Assembly: GCA_041661045.1 (NCBI GenBank)
Contig: JBAZVE010000001.1
Location: 540,001 to 572,000, forward strand
Direction: 5' to 3'
From: Candidatus Saccharimonadota bacterium
GTDB taxonomy: Bacteria; Patescibacteriota; Gracilibacteria; UBA1369; 2-02-FULL-48-14
Length of the DNA stretch: 32,000 nucleotides
Made by a program: the position numbers and the translations under genes. The notes under the pieces are model-generated. The model worked only from the letters and a program-made list of their open reading frames with translations, was not told the origin of the DNA and did not search any database. Below are positions 1 to 7,309 of the stretch, in pieces. Every line of letters starts with the position of its first letter. Position 1 is the first letter of the stretch.

Positions 1-830
1 GGTTTGCGAGAAAGCAGGTCTCTGGCAACCTGTAAAAGCAAGAGGTCCGCTTGGTAGTGCTTTCCGGTTTCGTCCACCACGCCCACACGGTCTCCATCTC
101 CATCAAAACCCAAGCCCAAATCCGCATGCTCCGCCTTCACGGCAGCGATTAAATCTTGCATGTTTTCCACTTCTTCCGGGTTTGCCTCGTGATTGGGAAA
201 GTTTCCGTCCGGTTCCGTGAAGAGTGGAATCACCGTACAGCCCAAGCTTTCGAAAAACTGTTTTACAAAAGGCCCCGTGGCTCCGTTTCCGCTGTCCACC
301 ACCACTTTGAGTGGTCGTTCGATCTTTACAATGGATTGCAGCTTTTCCAGGTAAGCGGGGAAGGCATCGAGCGTTTTGAGCTCCCCTTGGCCGACTTCAA
401 AATCTTCCGCTTGGATCAGTTTGAGCACTTCCTGCAACTCGTCTCCACAAATGGAATGGGCGTTTTTACCCACCAGCTTTACTCCGTTGTATTCTTTGGG
501 ATTGTGACTTGCGGTGATGCTGGCCCCTCCGTCAAAGCCAAAATGGCAGACGCTGAAATAAAGGAGGGGAGTGAAGACCATGCCCAAAACCGTGACGGTG
601 CATCCTGTACTGAGCACCCCATCAATAAAGGCATTCGCCAGCTCCGGGTTGCTGATGCGGCAGTCGTAACCCACGGCTAAATTTGTCCCAAAATGGCGCT
701 TAAAATAAGTGCCGGAGGCCTTTCCTATCAGCCGGATGGTTTCCGGGGTGAGGTCGGGTGGATTTTCGCTCACAGGTTTGTGTGCAAATCCGCGGATGTC
801 GTAAGCCCGAAAAATGAGAGGATTCACCAT
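1..830 (-). CDS. Phosphomannomutase/phosphoglucomutase (alpha-D-phosphohexomutase), partial; N-terminal ~276 aa in window, continues past the left edge
   Basis: Not in the ORF track because it is open at the edge. Reverse-strand translation from ATG (cat at 828-830) gives MVNPLIFRAYDIRGF...GGASITASHNPKEYNGVKL...GLGFDGDGDRVGVVDE. This contains the phosphoserine-loop TASHNP and the metal-binding DGDGDR motifs typical of the family. Confidence 0.85.
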   Translation of the reverse strand, partial: MVNPLIFRAYDIRGFAHKPVSENPPDLTPETIRLIGKASGTYFKRHFGTNLAVGYDCRISNPELANAFIDGVLSTGCTVTVLGMVFTPLLYFSVCHFGFDGGASITASHNPKEYNGVKLVGKNAHSICGDELQEVLKLIQAEDFEVGQGELKTLDAFPAYLEKLQSIVKIERPLKVVVDSGNGATGPFVKQFFESLGCTVIPLFTEPDGNFPNHEANPEEVENMQDLIAAVKAEHADLGLGFDGDGDRVGVVDETGKHYQADLLLLQVARDLLSRK

Positions 831-901
831 GGACACATCTTAGCTCAAGATCTGGTAAAAAAACCACAAAAATGGTAAAATAGTAGGATTAACATGCGCG
901 A

Positions 902-1852
902 ATGACTGCTTTAGACCAATTGCCGGAATCTCCTCGAGAGAGCACCAACCCCTTGGTGGGAGAGGTGCTCCCGGAGGATATTAAAGAAGGCGGAGTCCGG
1001 GCTGTCGATTTGAAACTGGCTGATGTGGATGCTCGAATGCGTGATCAGCAAGCGGATCCTGCGGTCGCGATCGCTGAAACGGAAACGGCCGAAACTCCTC
1101 CGGAAGAAGAAGCTCCGCAAGAAGAACCCGGCTTTTTGACCAGTCTTTCCACTTATTTTGAGCAGGCTAAAACGGGCGGTAAGGGTACTTTTATGGCCGC
1201 TCTTTCCACGCTCGGTTTCGCCCTCAGTTCCGGTAAAACCAAAATTTGGGATTGGGTGAAGGGGGTTTTTGGTGGGGAAGAGGAGGAAGCCGAGGTAGAA
1301 GCACCTGCGGTGGCAGAAGCACCTGAAGAAATTCCTGAAAACTCTTTTTTGGAAGACCTTCAAAATCTGCTTCAAGAATTTGGCATCACCGATAGTGGTG
1401 ATGAAAAAAAGAACTTTTTCTTGGTGGCCGTGGAGTTTGGGAAGGAGATTGAGAAAGAATTTGGAATCCCGTATCAAGTGGTGGTTGCGCAAGCCTGTTT
1501 GGAATCTGGTTTTGGGAAAAGTGGGCTGAGCCGCAAGGGCTTCAACTGTTTTGGGTATAAAGCGGGCAAGCATTACTCCGGCTCTTTTGTCACTATGGAA
1601 GCTACGGAGATCAAAGATGGAGCTCCAGTGAAAGGACCCGCAAAGTTCCGCTCCTACTCCAATATTCGTGAATCTTTTAGGGCGTATGCTCGCTTGATTT
1701 CGACTAGCCGTTACAAAGCAGCGTTCAAATTTAAAGATCAGCCGAAACGATTTTTGGAGGAAGTGATTAAGGGTGGGTATGCCACACTTGGCGGCCCTTA
1801 TATAAACAGAGCCATTGCTGCCGTTGAGCCTTATGGTCTAAGCTTTAGCTGA
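902..1852 (+). CDS. Cell-wall hydrolase with C-terminal glucosaminidase (mannosyl-glycoprotein endo-beta-N-acetylglucosaminidase/FlgJ-like) domain and acidic N-terminal region
   Basis: C-terminal YQVVVAQACLESGFGKSGLSRKGFNCFGYKAG...FRSYSNIRESFRAYARLI resembles the glucosaminidase domain with its catalytic E in the LESG context. ATG start at 902. No N-terminal signal peptide seen. Confidence 0.75.
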   Translation: MTALDQLPESPRESTNPLVGEVLPEDIKEGGVRAVDLKLADVDARMRDQQADPAVAIAETETAETPPEEEAPQEEPGFLTSLSTYFEQAKTGGKGTFMAALSTLGFALSSGKTKIWDWVKGVFGGEEEEAEVEAPAVAEAPEEIPENSFLEDLQNLLQEFGITDSGDEKKNFFLVAVEFGKEIEKEFGIPYQVVVAQACLESGFGKSGLSRKGFNCFGYKAGKHYSGSFVTMEATEIKDGAPVKGPAKFRSYSNIRESFRAYARLISTSRYKAAFKFKDQPKRFLEEVIKGGYATLGGPYINRAIAAVEPYGLSFS

Positions 1853-2739
1853 TGTCTACTATAAACGGTCCCGAAAAAGCCGGTATGGCCCCTGGAACTG
1901 CTCCTGAAGCGGTGGATGTGCCAAGCCCGGAAGAACTGGCCGCAGCTGTTGAAGCGGCAGCGCATAGTGCGCAAAGACAAGAGCTCACTGAACTTGGTGC
2001 AGAGATTACCGGGGGGCAAGTGGACGCTGATGCAGATGCTGCGATTGCTGCGATGGGATCAACCCCATCCACGACTCCCACAAACCTGGTAGAAGAGGGT
2101 GGAGAAGGTTTTGGCAAATGGATTACCGGTGTGTTGAGCGGACTTTCTTCCACCTGGACCTCCGTGAGCAAATGGTTGATGGAAACCGGTGGAAAATTTG
2201 GGAACTGGCTGAAAGGCTTACTGGGTCTTGAAAAAGAGGACGAACCAGCTGTTGCTGCGGCTGGAGAGAAAATCTATTCCTTACCGGAACTTTTGAATCC
2301 CAATGCTCCATTTTTCACCTTTTCTAAAGAAGAATCCCCCAAAATCACTTCCCCTTTTGGGAATCGAGATGATCCTATGGAGGATTCGGGGGAGAGGCAG
2401 AATCATGCAGCGGTAGATATCACTTTGGCGGCTGGGAATGAAGACATAGGAAGGCCTATTATTGCTACGCGTCCTTTACGAGTTTCTCGTACGGGGACGG
2501 AGCCAAAGGGAGGTAATTTTATTGAAGTGGAGGATCCAAACAGTCCCACAGGATCACTCGTCCTTCCTTTACGACACATTGAATCTCTCCTTTGGAAGGA
2601 TGGTGACACCATTCCCGTGGGTGCCGTTATCGCAAAAGTTGGCAATACTGGTGAGCGAACCACATTTGCACATTTGCATGTTGAGGCTAAAAAGAATGGC
2701 GAAAAAGTTGACCCCACTCCTTACCTTGGTCTGGCCTAA
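1852..2739 (+). CDS. M23 family metallopeptidase (LytM/lysostaphin-like) with acidic N-terminal region
   Basis: ITSPFGNRDDP...HAAVDI...GNFIEVEDP...GNTGERTTFAHLHVEAKKNGEKVDPTPYL matches the HxxxD and HxH M23 motifs. Its start overlaps the upstream stop (TGATG at 1850-1854). Confidence 0.8.
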   Translation: MSTINGPEKAGMAPGTAPEAVDVPSPEELAAAVEAAAHSAQRQELTELGAEITGGQVDADADAAIAAMGSTPSTTPTNLVEEGGEGFGKWITGVLSGLSSTWTSVSKWLMETGGKFGNWLKGLLGLEKEDEPAVAAAGEKIYSLPELLNPNAPFFTFSKEESPKITSPFGNRDDPMEDSGERQNHAAVDITLAAGNEDIGRPIIATRPLRVSRTGTEPKGGNFIEVEDPNSPTGSLVLPLRHIESLLWKDGDTIPVGAVIAKVGNTGERTTFAHLHVEAKKNGEKVDPTPYLGLA

Positions 2740-3542
2740 AGCATGCTTTCGGCTTCGGCTTTTTGGGCTTTTTTGATGGATTCGGGGATGCGGCCGATGT
2801 GGAGGACGGGGATGCTTTTGGCGAGAGAGTCGTTTTCTTGGGTGAGGCGGACGATTTTGTGGACCAGGAGGGCGTCCATTCCTTTTTCAATCATGGTGTC
2901 GGGATCGACTTTGTCTGCCATTTGCCTAAGGATGCCATCGATGTTTTCCCATGAGCTTCCCAAATCGTCTTCGTCCGTTTGTTTGGGCCAGAGGCCACGG
3001 GTGAAAGGAGCGGTGATGAGTTCGGAAGGCAGATTCAGGTGCCGGGCCAGCTCAATGAGATCTGTTTTATAGAGGTCTCCCAAAATATGCAAGGAGCCGA
3101 TGAATTCACCGTCTTTGAGGCCCAAGCCCAATTGCAGGTCGCTTTTGTTTGCGGTTCCAATAATCATGCTTCCGGTGCACTCGGCATAATCGAGCAAAAG
3201 CATGGCACGGAGACGAGCTTTGAGGTGTTCCAGCGCTCCGGGCTCCCTTTCCCAAGCCACAAATTGGTAATCCACCAAAAAGTTGTTGATGGGCTCGTAA
3301 TGCATAGTGCACTCAAAGTGCTCCGCAATCATTTTGGCGTGGTCTGTTTCTTCGTAAGGGCTCACTCCCAGCTCCGGCATGATGATGGCGGTGACATTTT
3401 TTGCACCAAAAGCTCGAATGGCAATGCAGAGTGCAAGGGTGCTATCCAGGCCACCGGAAAGCCCGATGACGGCTTTAGTGAAACCGGATTTTTTAGCAAA
3501 AGCATGTACTTCTTGAATAAGCGTGGAGGCGATGGCGTGCAT
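2736..3542 (-). CDS. nadE: NH3-dependent NAD+ synthetase
   Basis: N-terminal GLSGGLDSTLALCIAIRAFG is the PP-loop SGGxDS motif. Length 268 aa and overall similarity fit NadE. The stop overlaps the convergent M23 gene stop by a few nt. Confidence 0.85.
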   Translation of the reverse strand: MHAIASTLIQEVHAFAKKSGFTKAVIGLSGGLDSTLALCIAIRAFGAKNVTAIIMPELGVSPYEETDHAKMIAEHFECTMHYEPINNFLVDYQFVAWEREPGALEHLKARLRAMLLLDYAECTGSMIIGTANKSDLQLGLGLKDGEFIGSLHILGDLYKTDLIELARHLNLPSELITAPFTRGLWPKQTDEDDLGSSWENIDGILRQMADKVDPDTMIEKGMDALLVHKIVRLTQENDSLAKSIPVLHIGRIPESIKKAQKAEAESML

Positions 3543-3552
3543 GGGAAGGGGA

Positions 3553-3999
3553 TTAGTAATCTTTCAGGGCACTCTGGATGCGTCGCGTGGTGTCTTTCTT
3601 TTTTAGAGACTCCCGTTTGTCGTATTGTTTTTTACCTCTCGCCAGCGCGAAGTCAATTTTGATTTTCCCGCTCTGGAGGCCGCATTCAAGTGGCACGATG
3701 GTAACACCCGCCGTGTGCAGCTCACTAGCTATTTTTGTGATTTCCGCTTTACGAAGCAGCAATTTTCTTGGTCTTTCGGGCTCGTAATGGAGCAGGGTGC
3801 TTTTTTTGTAGAGAGGAATGTGGAAGTGCTCCAAAAAGAGTTCGCCGCCTTTTTCGGTGATGTAAGAGCCTGTAAAATGACCGCCGCCGTTTTTGAGGGA
3901 CTTTACTTCGTGCCCCAAAAGCACGATGCCCGCGGTAAAGCGCTCCAGGACTTCATAATCGAAGAATGCCCGTTTATTTTTGATGAGTGATTTTTCCAT
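3553..3999 (-). CDS. smpB: SsrA-binding protein SmpB
   Basis: KNKRAFFDYEVLERFTAGIVLLGHEVKSLKNGG...RKLLLRKAEI is typical SmpB. I prefer the internal ATG (MEKSLIKNK) at 3999 over the ORF-track start at 4035. Confidence 0.9.
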   Translation of the reverse strand: MEKSLIKNKRAFFDYEVLERFTAGIVLLGHEVKSLKNGGGHFTGSYITEKGGELFLEHFHIPLYKKSTLLHYEPERPRKLLLRKAEITKIASELHTAGVTIVPLECGLQSGKIKIDFALARGKKQYDKRESLKKKDTTRRIQSALKDY

Positions 4000-4125
4000 A
4001 AATAGAGCATAGAAGAATTGTATAATAGCCGTCAATTTTAAGTTCTAGGCAACGCTAATCTGTTTACAGGTTGATTTGAGCGGCCTACACTGCTGCTCAG
4101 TATTTATTCTTTAACAAATTTGCAC

Positions 4126-4287
4126 ATGAAAAGCTTCATGCAAATGCTTCTCGCTAGCTTCGGAGTTCTCTCCTTGATGCTTGCAGGATGCAGCACAACA
4201 GAAGTTGACACGGAAGAAGATGGAGAAGTGGTAGAAGAGGAAGGAGAAGTGGTAGAAGAGGATACGACCAGCGCTGAGGAGGAATAA
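4126..4287 (+). CDS. Small acidic lipoprotein (53 aa), below the ORF-track length cutoff
   Basis: ATG at 4126 gives MKSFMQMLLASFGVLSLMLAGCSTTEVDTEEDGEVVEEEGEVVEEDTTSAEEE, then stop. It has a hydrophobic signal and a lipobox-like L-A-G-C, and is followed by a hairpin plus T-run terminator. Listed opposite-strand ORFs 4104-4379 and 4111-4299 are low-complexity Ser-rich mirror images. Confidence 0.55.
   Translation: MKSFMQMLLASFGVLSLMLAGCSTTEVDTEEDGEVVEEEGEVVEEDTTSAEEE
4222..4263 (+). repeat. Tandem 21-bp duplication (2 copies) inside the small lipoprotein ORF, encoding GEVVEEE/GEVVEED
   Basis: ggagaagtggtagaagaggaa (4222-4242) is followed by ggagaagtggtagaagaggat (4243-4263), 20/21 identical. 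Confidence 0.85.
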
Positions 4288-4293
4288 TTTCTC

Positions 4294-4347
4294 CCCCACT
4301 CGGGCTCGCGCCTGAGACTAGAGAGCCCTGCTTCGGTGGGGTTTTTT
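4294..4347 (+). terminator. Rho-independent terminator candidate after the small lipoprotein ORF
   Basis: CCCCAC (4294-4299) pairs with GTGGGG (4336-4341). An inner GGGCTC/GAGCCC stem (4302-4307 with 4323-4328) is also present, followed by TTTTTT (4342-4347). Confidence 0.55.
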
Positions 4348-4738
4348 AGTGCTTTGGAGGAAAGCGTTTTTTCCCGCATTTCACAAGATCTTGGTCCAAG
4401 GTTACCAGTGTTAGATCCCGCTCTCTGCTTAAAATCAATAAACTTGCATCTATAAAAGAGATTTTCTCGTTTTGTTTTAAAAAAAGATCTAAGGTCATCT
4501 CGAGTTCTTCTTGGCTGAGGCGGAGAAACTTTAAGCCCTCTGTGCTTTGGAGGAAGTCTATGGCCTGCTTTGCGACAGCATGTCCCTCACGCAGTTGCAG
4601 CACGGTTGCCACTTCAGACAAAACATAGTCGTGGATTGCAAAAGACTCGAGGGGGTCTATGAATTTGCAAGCAGATTCATGGTGGTCTTCCGCTGGGCGG
4701 AAATAGGCAATAATCATGTTGGAATCCAGAAGAACCAT
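4346..4738 (-). CDS. vapC: PIN-domain ribonuclease toxin (VapC-like)
   Basis: MVLLDSNMIIAYF... has the N-terminal D of a PIN domain, and later ISFIDASLL...TLVTLDQDL supplies further acidic residues. It is translationally coupled to the upstream AbrB-type gene (ATGA overlap at 4738). Confidence 0.7.
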   Translation of the reverse strand: MVLLDSNMIIAYFRPAEDHHESACKFIDPLESFAIHDYVLSEVATVLQLREGHAVAKQAIDFLQSTEGLKFLRLSQEELEMTLDLFLKQNEKISFIDASLLILSRERDLTLVTLDQDLVKCGKKRFPPKH

Positions 4739-4995
4739 CAGAAAGTGTAGATAATTTTATCGATATTTTGAGCCAAGTTGTGTTCGGTGGGGCATTTGCT
4801 CTTTTTAATTTTCCATTTCTTGAAGTCTTCTAAGGTATATTTTGGTTTCTTTTGATGTGTTTTCTGTATTTCTATGGGGCGGAAAAGTAAGCCCTCATCC
4901 GTTAAATCGCAAAAAAACATTTGGGTCTTCAATTTTCTCCTCAAGTGAATGGGGATGGTGATTTGTCCGCTGGTGGTGACTTTGACAACATTCAT
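4738..4995 (-). CDS. vapB: AbrB/SpoVT-type antitoxin (VapB-like)
   Basis: MNVVKVTTSGQITIPIHLRRKL fits the SpoVT/AbrB swapped-hairpin DNA-binding motif. It sits immediately upstream of, and overlaps, the PIN gene. Confidence 0.65.
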   Translation of the reverse strand: MNVVKVTTSGQITIPIHLRRKLKTQMFFCDLTDEGLLFRPIEIQKTHQKKPKYTLEDFKKWKIKKSKCPTEHNLAQNIDKIIYTF

Positions 4996-5031
4996 ATTTA
5001 ATAAATTAATAATTTATTAAATAGTATGTCT

Positions 5032-5610
5032 TTACACCTGAAGGGTCAAGAACTTTTTCCTCCAGATGAAGAAGATGAGGATCGAGTTTGCCACTATTAA
5101 GTAAATGGGAAAAGCCAGCTCTGAAAAAGTCCACAACTCCATTACGGTGAAAGCGGTCAGTGCGCTGAAGGTGCCGGCGGCATAGGTGAGGCCCGATTCG
5201 CTTTCTGGATTTTTCCATGCTTTGATGATGGTTGGGATGTAGGCCATGGAGTCACTTATCATGGCAAAAACAATGGCGACGGCGGGCTGATCGGTGATGG
5301 CCCATAACAGTAGCGCTAAAACAGAGAGGGCGCCGCAAGCGTAGTCGAAGGAGCTGAGCTTCCAGGAAGCTTGTTTACTTGTAAAGGAAACTAAAAGGAC
5401 GAGAATGCAGGTAAAGCCCGCCATGAATACCGGTAGAACCGCTAAGCCCACGCCATTTGCCAAACCGGCTGCTGTTCCAATGAGTGGACCAATGGCCCAC
5501 ATGATCCAAGACACTCGATTGGGTTGAGTCTTGCCGTGCAGCATGTCCCGAGTGTAGGCCAGCGTTGCACAGACGGAGACCAGTGCGCCTAAAAAGACGA
5601 GAGTGTTCAT
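5032..5610 (-). CDS. Integral membrane protein, unknown function (about 6 predicted TM helices)
   Basis: 192-aa ORF with an ATG start and repeated hydrophobic stretches (LVFLGALVSVCATLAY, WIMWAIGPLIGTAAGLANGVGLAVLPVFMAGFTCILVLLV and others). No family recognised. Confidence 0.6.
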   Translation of the reverse strand: MNTLVFLGALVSVCATLAYTRDMLHGKTQPNRVSWIMWAIGPLIGTAAGLANGVGLAVLPVFMAGFTCILVLLVSFTSKQASWKLSSFDYACGALSVLALLLWAITDQPAVAIVFAMISDSMAYIPTIIKAWKNPESESGLTYAAGTFSALTAFTVMELWTFSELAFPIYLIVANSILIFFIWRKKFLTLQV

Positions 5611-5622
5611 AAAGATGATGAC

Positions 5623-5712
5623 TGGCGGAAGGGGGGAGATTCGAACTCCCGAAACCCTTTCGAGTTTACCCGCTTTCCAAGCGAGCGCACTAGGCCACTA
5701 TGCGACCCTTCC
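5623..5712 (-). tRNA. tRNA-Ser (anticodon GGA), long variable arm, encoded CCA
   Basis: Reverse complement is GGAAGGGTCGCATAGTGGCCTAGTGCGCTCGCTTGGAAAGCGGGTAAACTCGAAAGGGTTTCGGGAGTTCGAATCTCCCCCCTTCCGCCA. Acceptor GGAAGGG/CCCTTCC. Anticodon stem CTCGC/GCGGG with loop TTGGAAA. Variable arm AAACTC-GAAA-GGGTTT. T-arm GGGAG-TTCGAAT-CTCCC. Confidence 0.9.
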
Positions 5713-5874
5713 GTGATGCCCTTTGCAAGAGCCCAATATTTTTAGCTGAAAAGAGGAAGAAGCGCAATCCTTTTGAGGAAAAAGCTGCAGGAGAAAGCGC
5801 CAAATACCAAAAAAAGCCCCGAAGTTTTGAGAGCTTTTTTTGGTTGCTTATTCTGAACGCAACGAAACTATATT

Positions 5875-6126
5875 TTATTTTAGTTTTTTCTTCAAGCTTT
5901 TTTTTGCGAATGCATGAATTTGATCTGCAAACTTCTTTGGATTCTTTGCGAGCGTGCGGAGCGCGCGAGCTGTAATCTTCAAAGAAACCTTTTCTCCGGT
6001 TTTAGCATCGATCACGGTTTTTTTCACCAAGTTGGGCAAAAATCGTCGATTCGACTTCTTGTTGGAGTGAGACACCTTGTGTCCACTTCGGGGTCTCGCA
6101 CCTGTTAATTGACAAACTTTAGACAT
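5875..6126 (-). CDS. rpmB: 50S ribosomal protein L28
   Basis: MSKVCQLTGARPRSGHKVSHSNKKSNRRFLPNL is the L28 signature. I prefer the ATG at 6126 over the TTG start at 6156 in the ORF track. It has a lysine-rich C-terminal extension. Confidence 0.9.
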   Translation of the reverse strand: MSKVCQLTGARPRSGHKVSHSNKKSNRRFLPNLVKKTVIDAKTGEKVSLKITARALRTLAKNPKKFADQIHAFAKKSLKKKLK

Positions 6127-6217
6127 AAGATTGATGTGGTTTACGCTCTTAGCCAAGGCATTTTAAGGGGCGAAGCTCTGTTTGGCAAGCGAATTTCTTT
6201 TCTGCTACACTCTATTT

Positions 6218-6835
6218 ATGTTTTTGAGCATCTATTATCTGGTGGCCTTGGTCTTGGTTCTCACCTTTCATGAATTCAGTCATGCCTGGGTGGCCAACCG
6301 TTTGGGCGATCCCACTGCAAAAAGAGAAGGGCGGCTTACGCTTAATCCACTGGCGCACATCGACATTTTGGGGACTCTGATGCTTTTTTTGGTTGGAATT
6401 GGGTGGGGGAAGCCGGTTCCCGTGAATCCTCAACACTTTGAAAAGCCTGTGCGAGATCAAGCGCTCACTGCCTTGGCGGGGCCACTCGCCAACCTCGTTT
6501 TGGCCTTTTTTGGTGCTATTCCTTACAGTTACTTGAGTTCCATTTCACCTCTTTACCAGTTGGGAGGTGCTGTTTTGGATCTGAGCGTGGTGCTTTTTCT
6601 TTTCAATATGCTCCCCATCCCTCCTTTGGACGGATCTAAATTTGTCGGCCTCTTTATCCCCAAGCGATTTTATAGAGGATACGAACTGTTTTTGAGCAAA
6701 GGTTTACCGTATTTTATCGCTCTAATGTTGGTGGATTTGTACCTGTTCGAAAGAATTTTTGGCATGTCTTTCATTTGGACTGCGGTTTCCCAGCTCACTT
6801 ATTGGCTCAAAGCGGCTATTTTGCTTGTGGTTTGA
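6218..6835 (+). CDS. Site-2 protease family (M50) zinc metalloprotease, membrane-embedded
   Basis: HEFSHAWVANRLGDPTAKREGRLTLNPLAHIDILGT contains the HExxH motif, and a later LPIPPLDGSK motif is present. Multiple TM helices. ATG at 6218 is preferred over the TTG at 6182. Confidence 0.8.
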   Translation: MFLSIYYLVALVLVLTFHEFSHAWVANRLGDPTAKREGRLTLNPLAHIDILGTLMLFLVGIGWGKPVPVNPQHFEKPVRDQALTALAGPLANLVLAFFGAIPYSYLSSISPLYQLGGAVLDLSVVLFLFNMLPIPPLDGSKFVGLFIPKRFYRGYELFLSKGLPYFIALMLVDLYLFERIFGMSFIWTAVSQLTYWLKAAILLVV

Positions 6836-7081
6836 GTCCACTTTGTCTTGACGAGTAGACAATTCGTAGGTAGACTCCTTGACGACAAAAGGACGACAAA
6901 ACTTGTGAGATCCATCACGATGGACTTTGGGCGCCGCAAGGCGCACGGTGTGTCCCACCGCTCCAAATACATCCGGCTCCACGGTATATAGTCGCCCTTT
7001 GTTATTTGTGGCCAAATTTTTGCCGCAGCCAAAAAAGACTGGCGTGCAGGGATAGAATCTGCTTAACTAGCTGCGCCAAGG

Positions 7082-7157
7082 GCCGCGGTAGCTCAGTTGG
7101 TAGAGCGCATCCATGGTAAGGATGAGGTCTCGGGTTCGATTCCCGATCGTGGCTCCA
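7082..7157 (+). tRNA. tRNA-Thr (anticodon GGT), encoded CCA
   Basis: GCCGCGGTAGCTCAGTTGGTAGAGCGCATCCATGGTAAGGATGAGGTCTCGGGTTCGATTCCCGATCGTGGCTCCA. D-arm is GCTC-AGTTGGTA-GAGC. Anticodon stem CATCC/GGATG with loop ATGGTAA. T-arm is TCGGG-TTCGATT-CCCGA. Confidence 0.92.
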
Positions 7158-7162
7158 TTTTT
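7112..7162 (+). repeat. 51-bp direct repeat, left copy (attL-like): 3' half of tRNA-Thr from the anticodon loop through CCA plus 5 T
   Basis: catggtaaggatgaggtctcgggttcgattcccgatcgtggctccattttt is identical base for base to 10354-10404. Confidence 0.9.
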
Positions 7163-7309
7163 TAAATATGCCAACAACAGATTGCAACTAGGGTTTACTT
7201 TATCCGTCCATCGTTCAAAACAATGCTCCTACAACTGCGTAGGAAGTCTTTATTAAGAGGCCGTGGAGGGGGGGATGGGTGGGCATAGATTAATGAACTT
7301 TAGATTCCC

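Noticed and set aside
911-1573. 220-aa minus-strand ORF
   Set aside because: It is antisense to the glucosaminidase-domain gene, which has a recognisable catalytic domain. The sequence is low-complexity Phe/Arg-rich.
4104-4379. Minus-strand ORFs 4104-4379 and 4111-4299
   Set aside because: They overlap a plus-strand ORF that has a signal peptide, a lipobox and a downstream terminator. Their translations are Ser/Thr/Phe low-complexity reflections of the acidic repeat, and 4104-4379 would also overlap the vapC 3' end.
6722-7015. 97-aa minus-strand ORF in the gap before tRNA-Thr
   Set aside because: Its 3' third overlaps the M50 protease gene by more than 100 nt and no motif is recognised. It is kept only as an alternative explanation for the 6836-7081 gap.
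7002-7187. 61-aa minus-strand ORF
   Set aside because: It lies across tRNA-Thr on the opposite strand and is an artefact. The same reasoning applies to 5700-5975 (+), which overlaps tRNA-Ser and runs antisense to rpmB.
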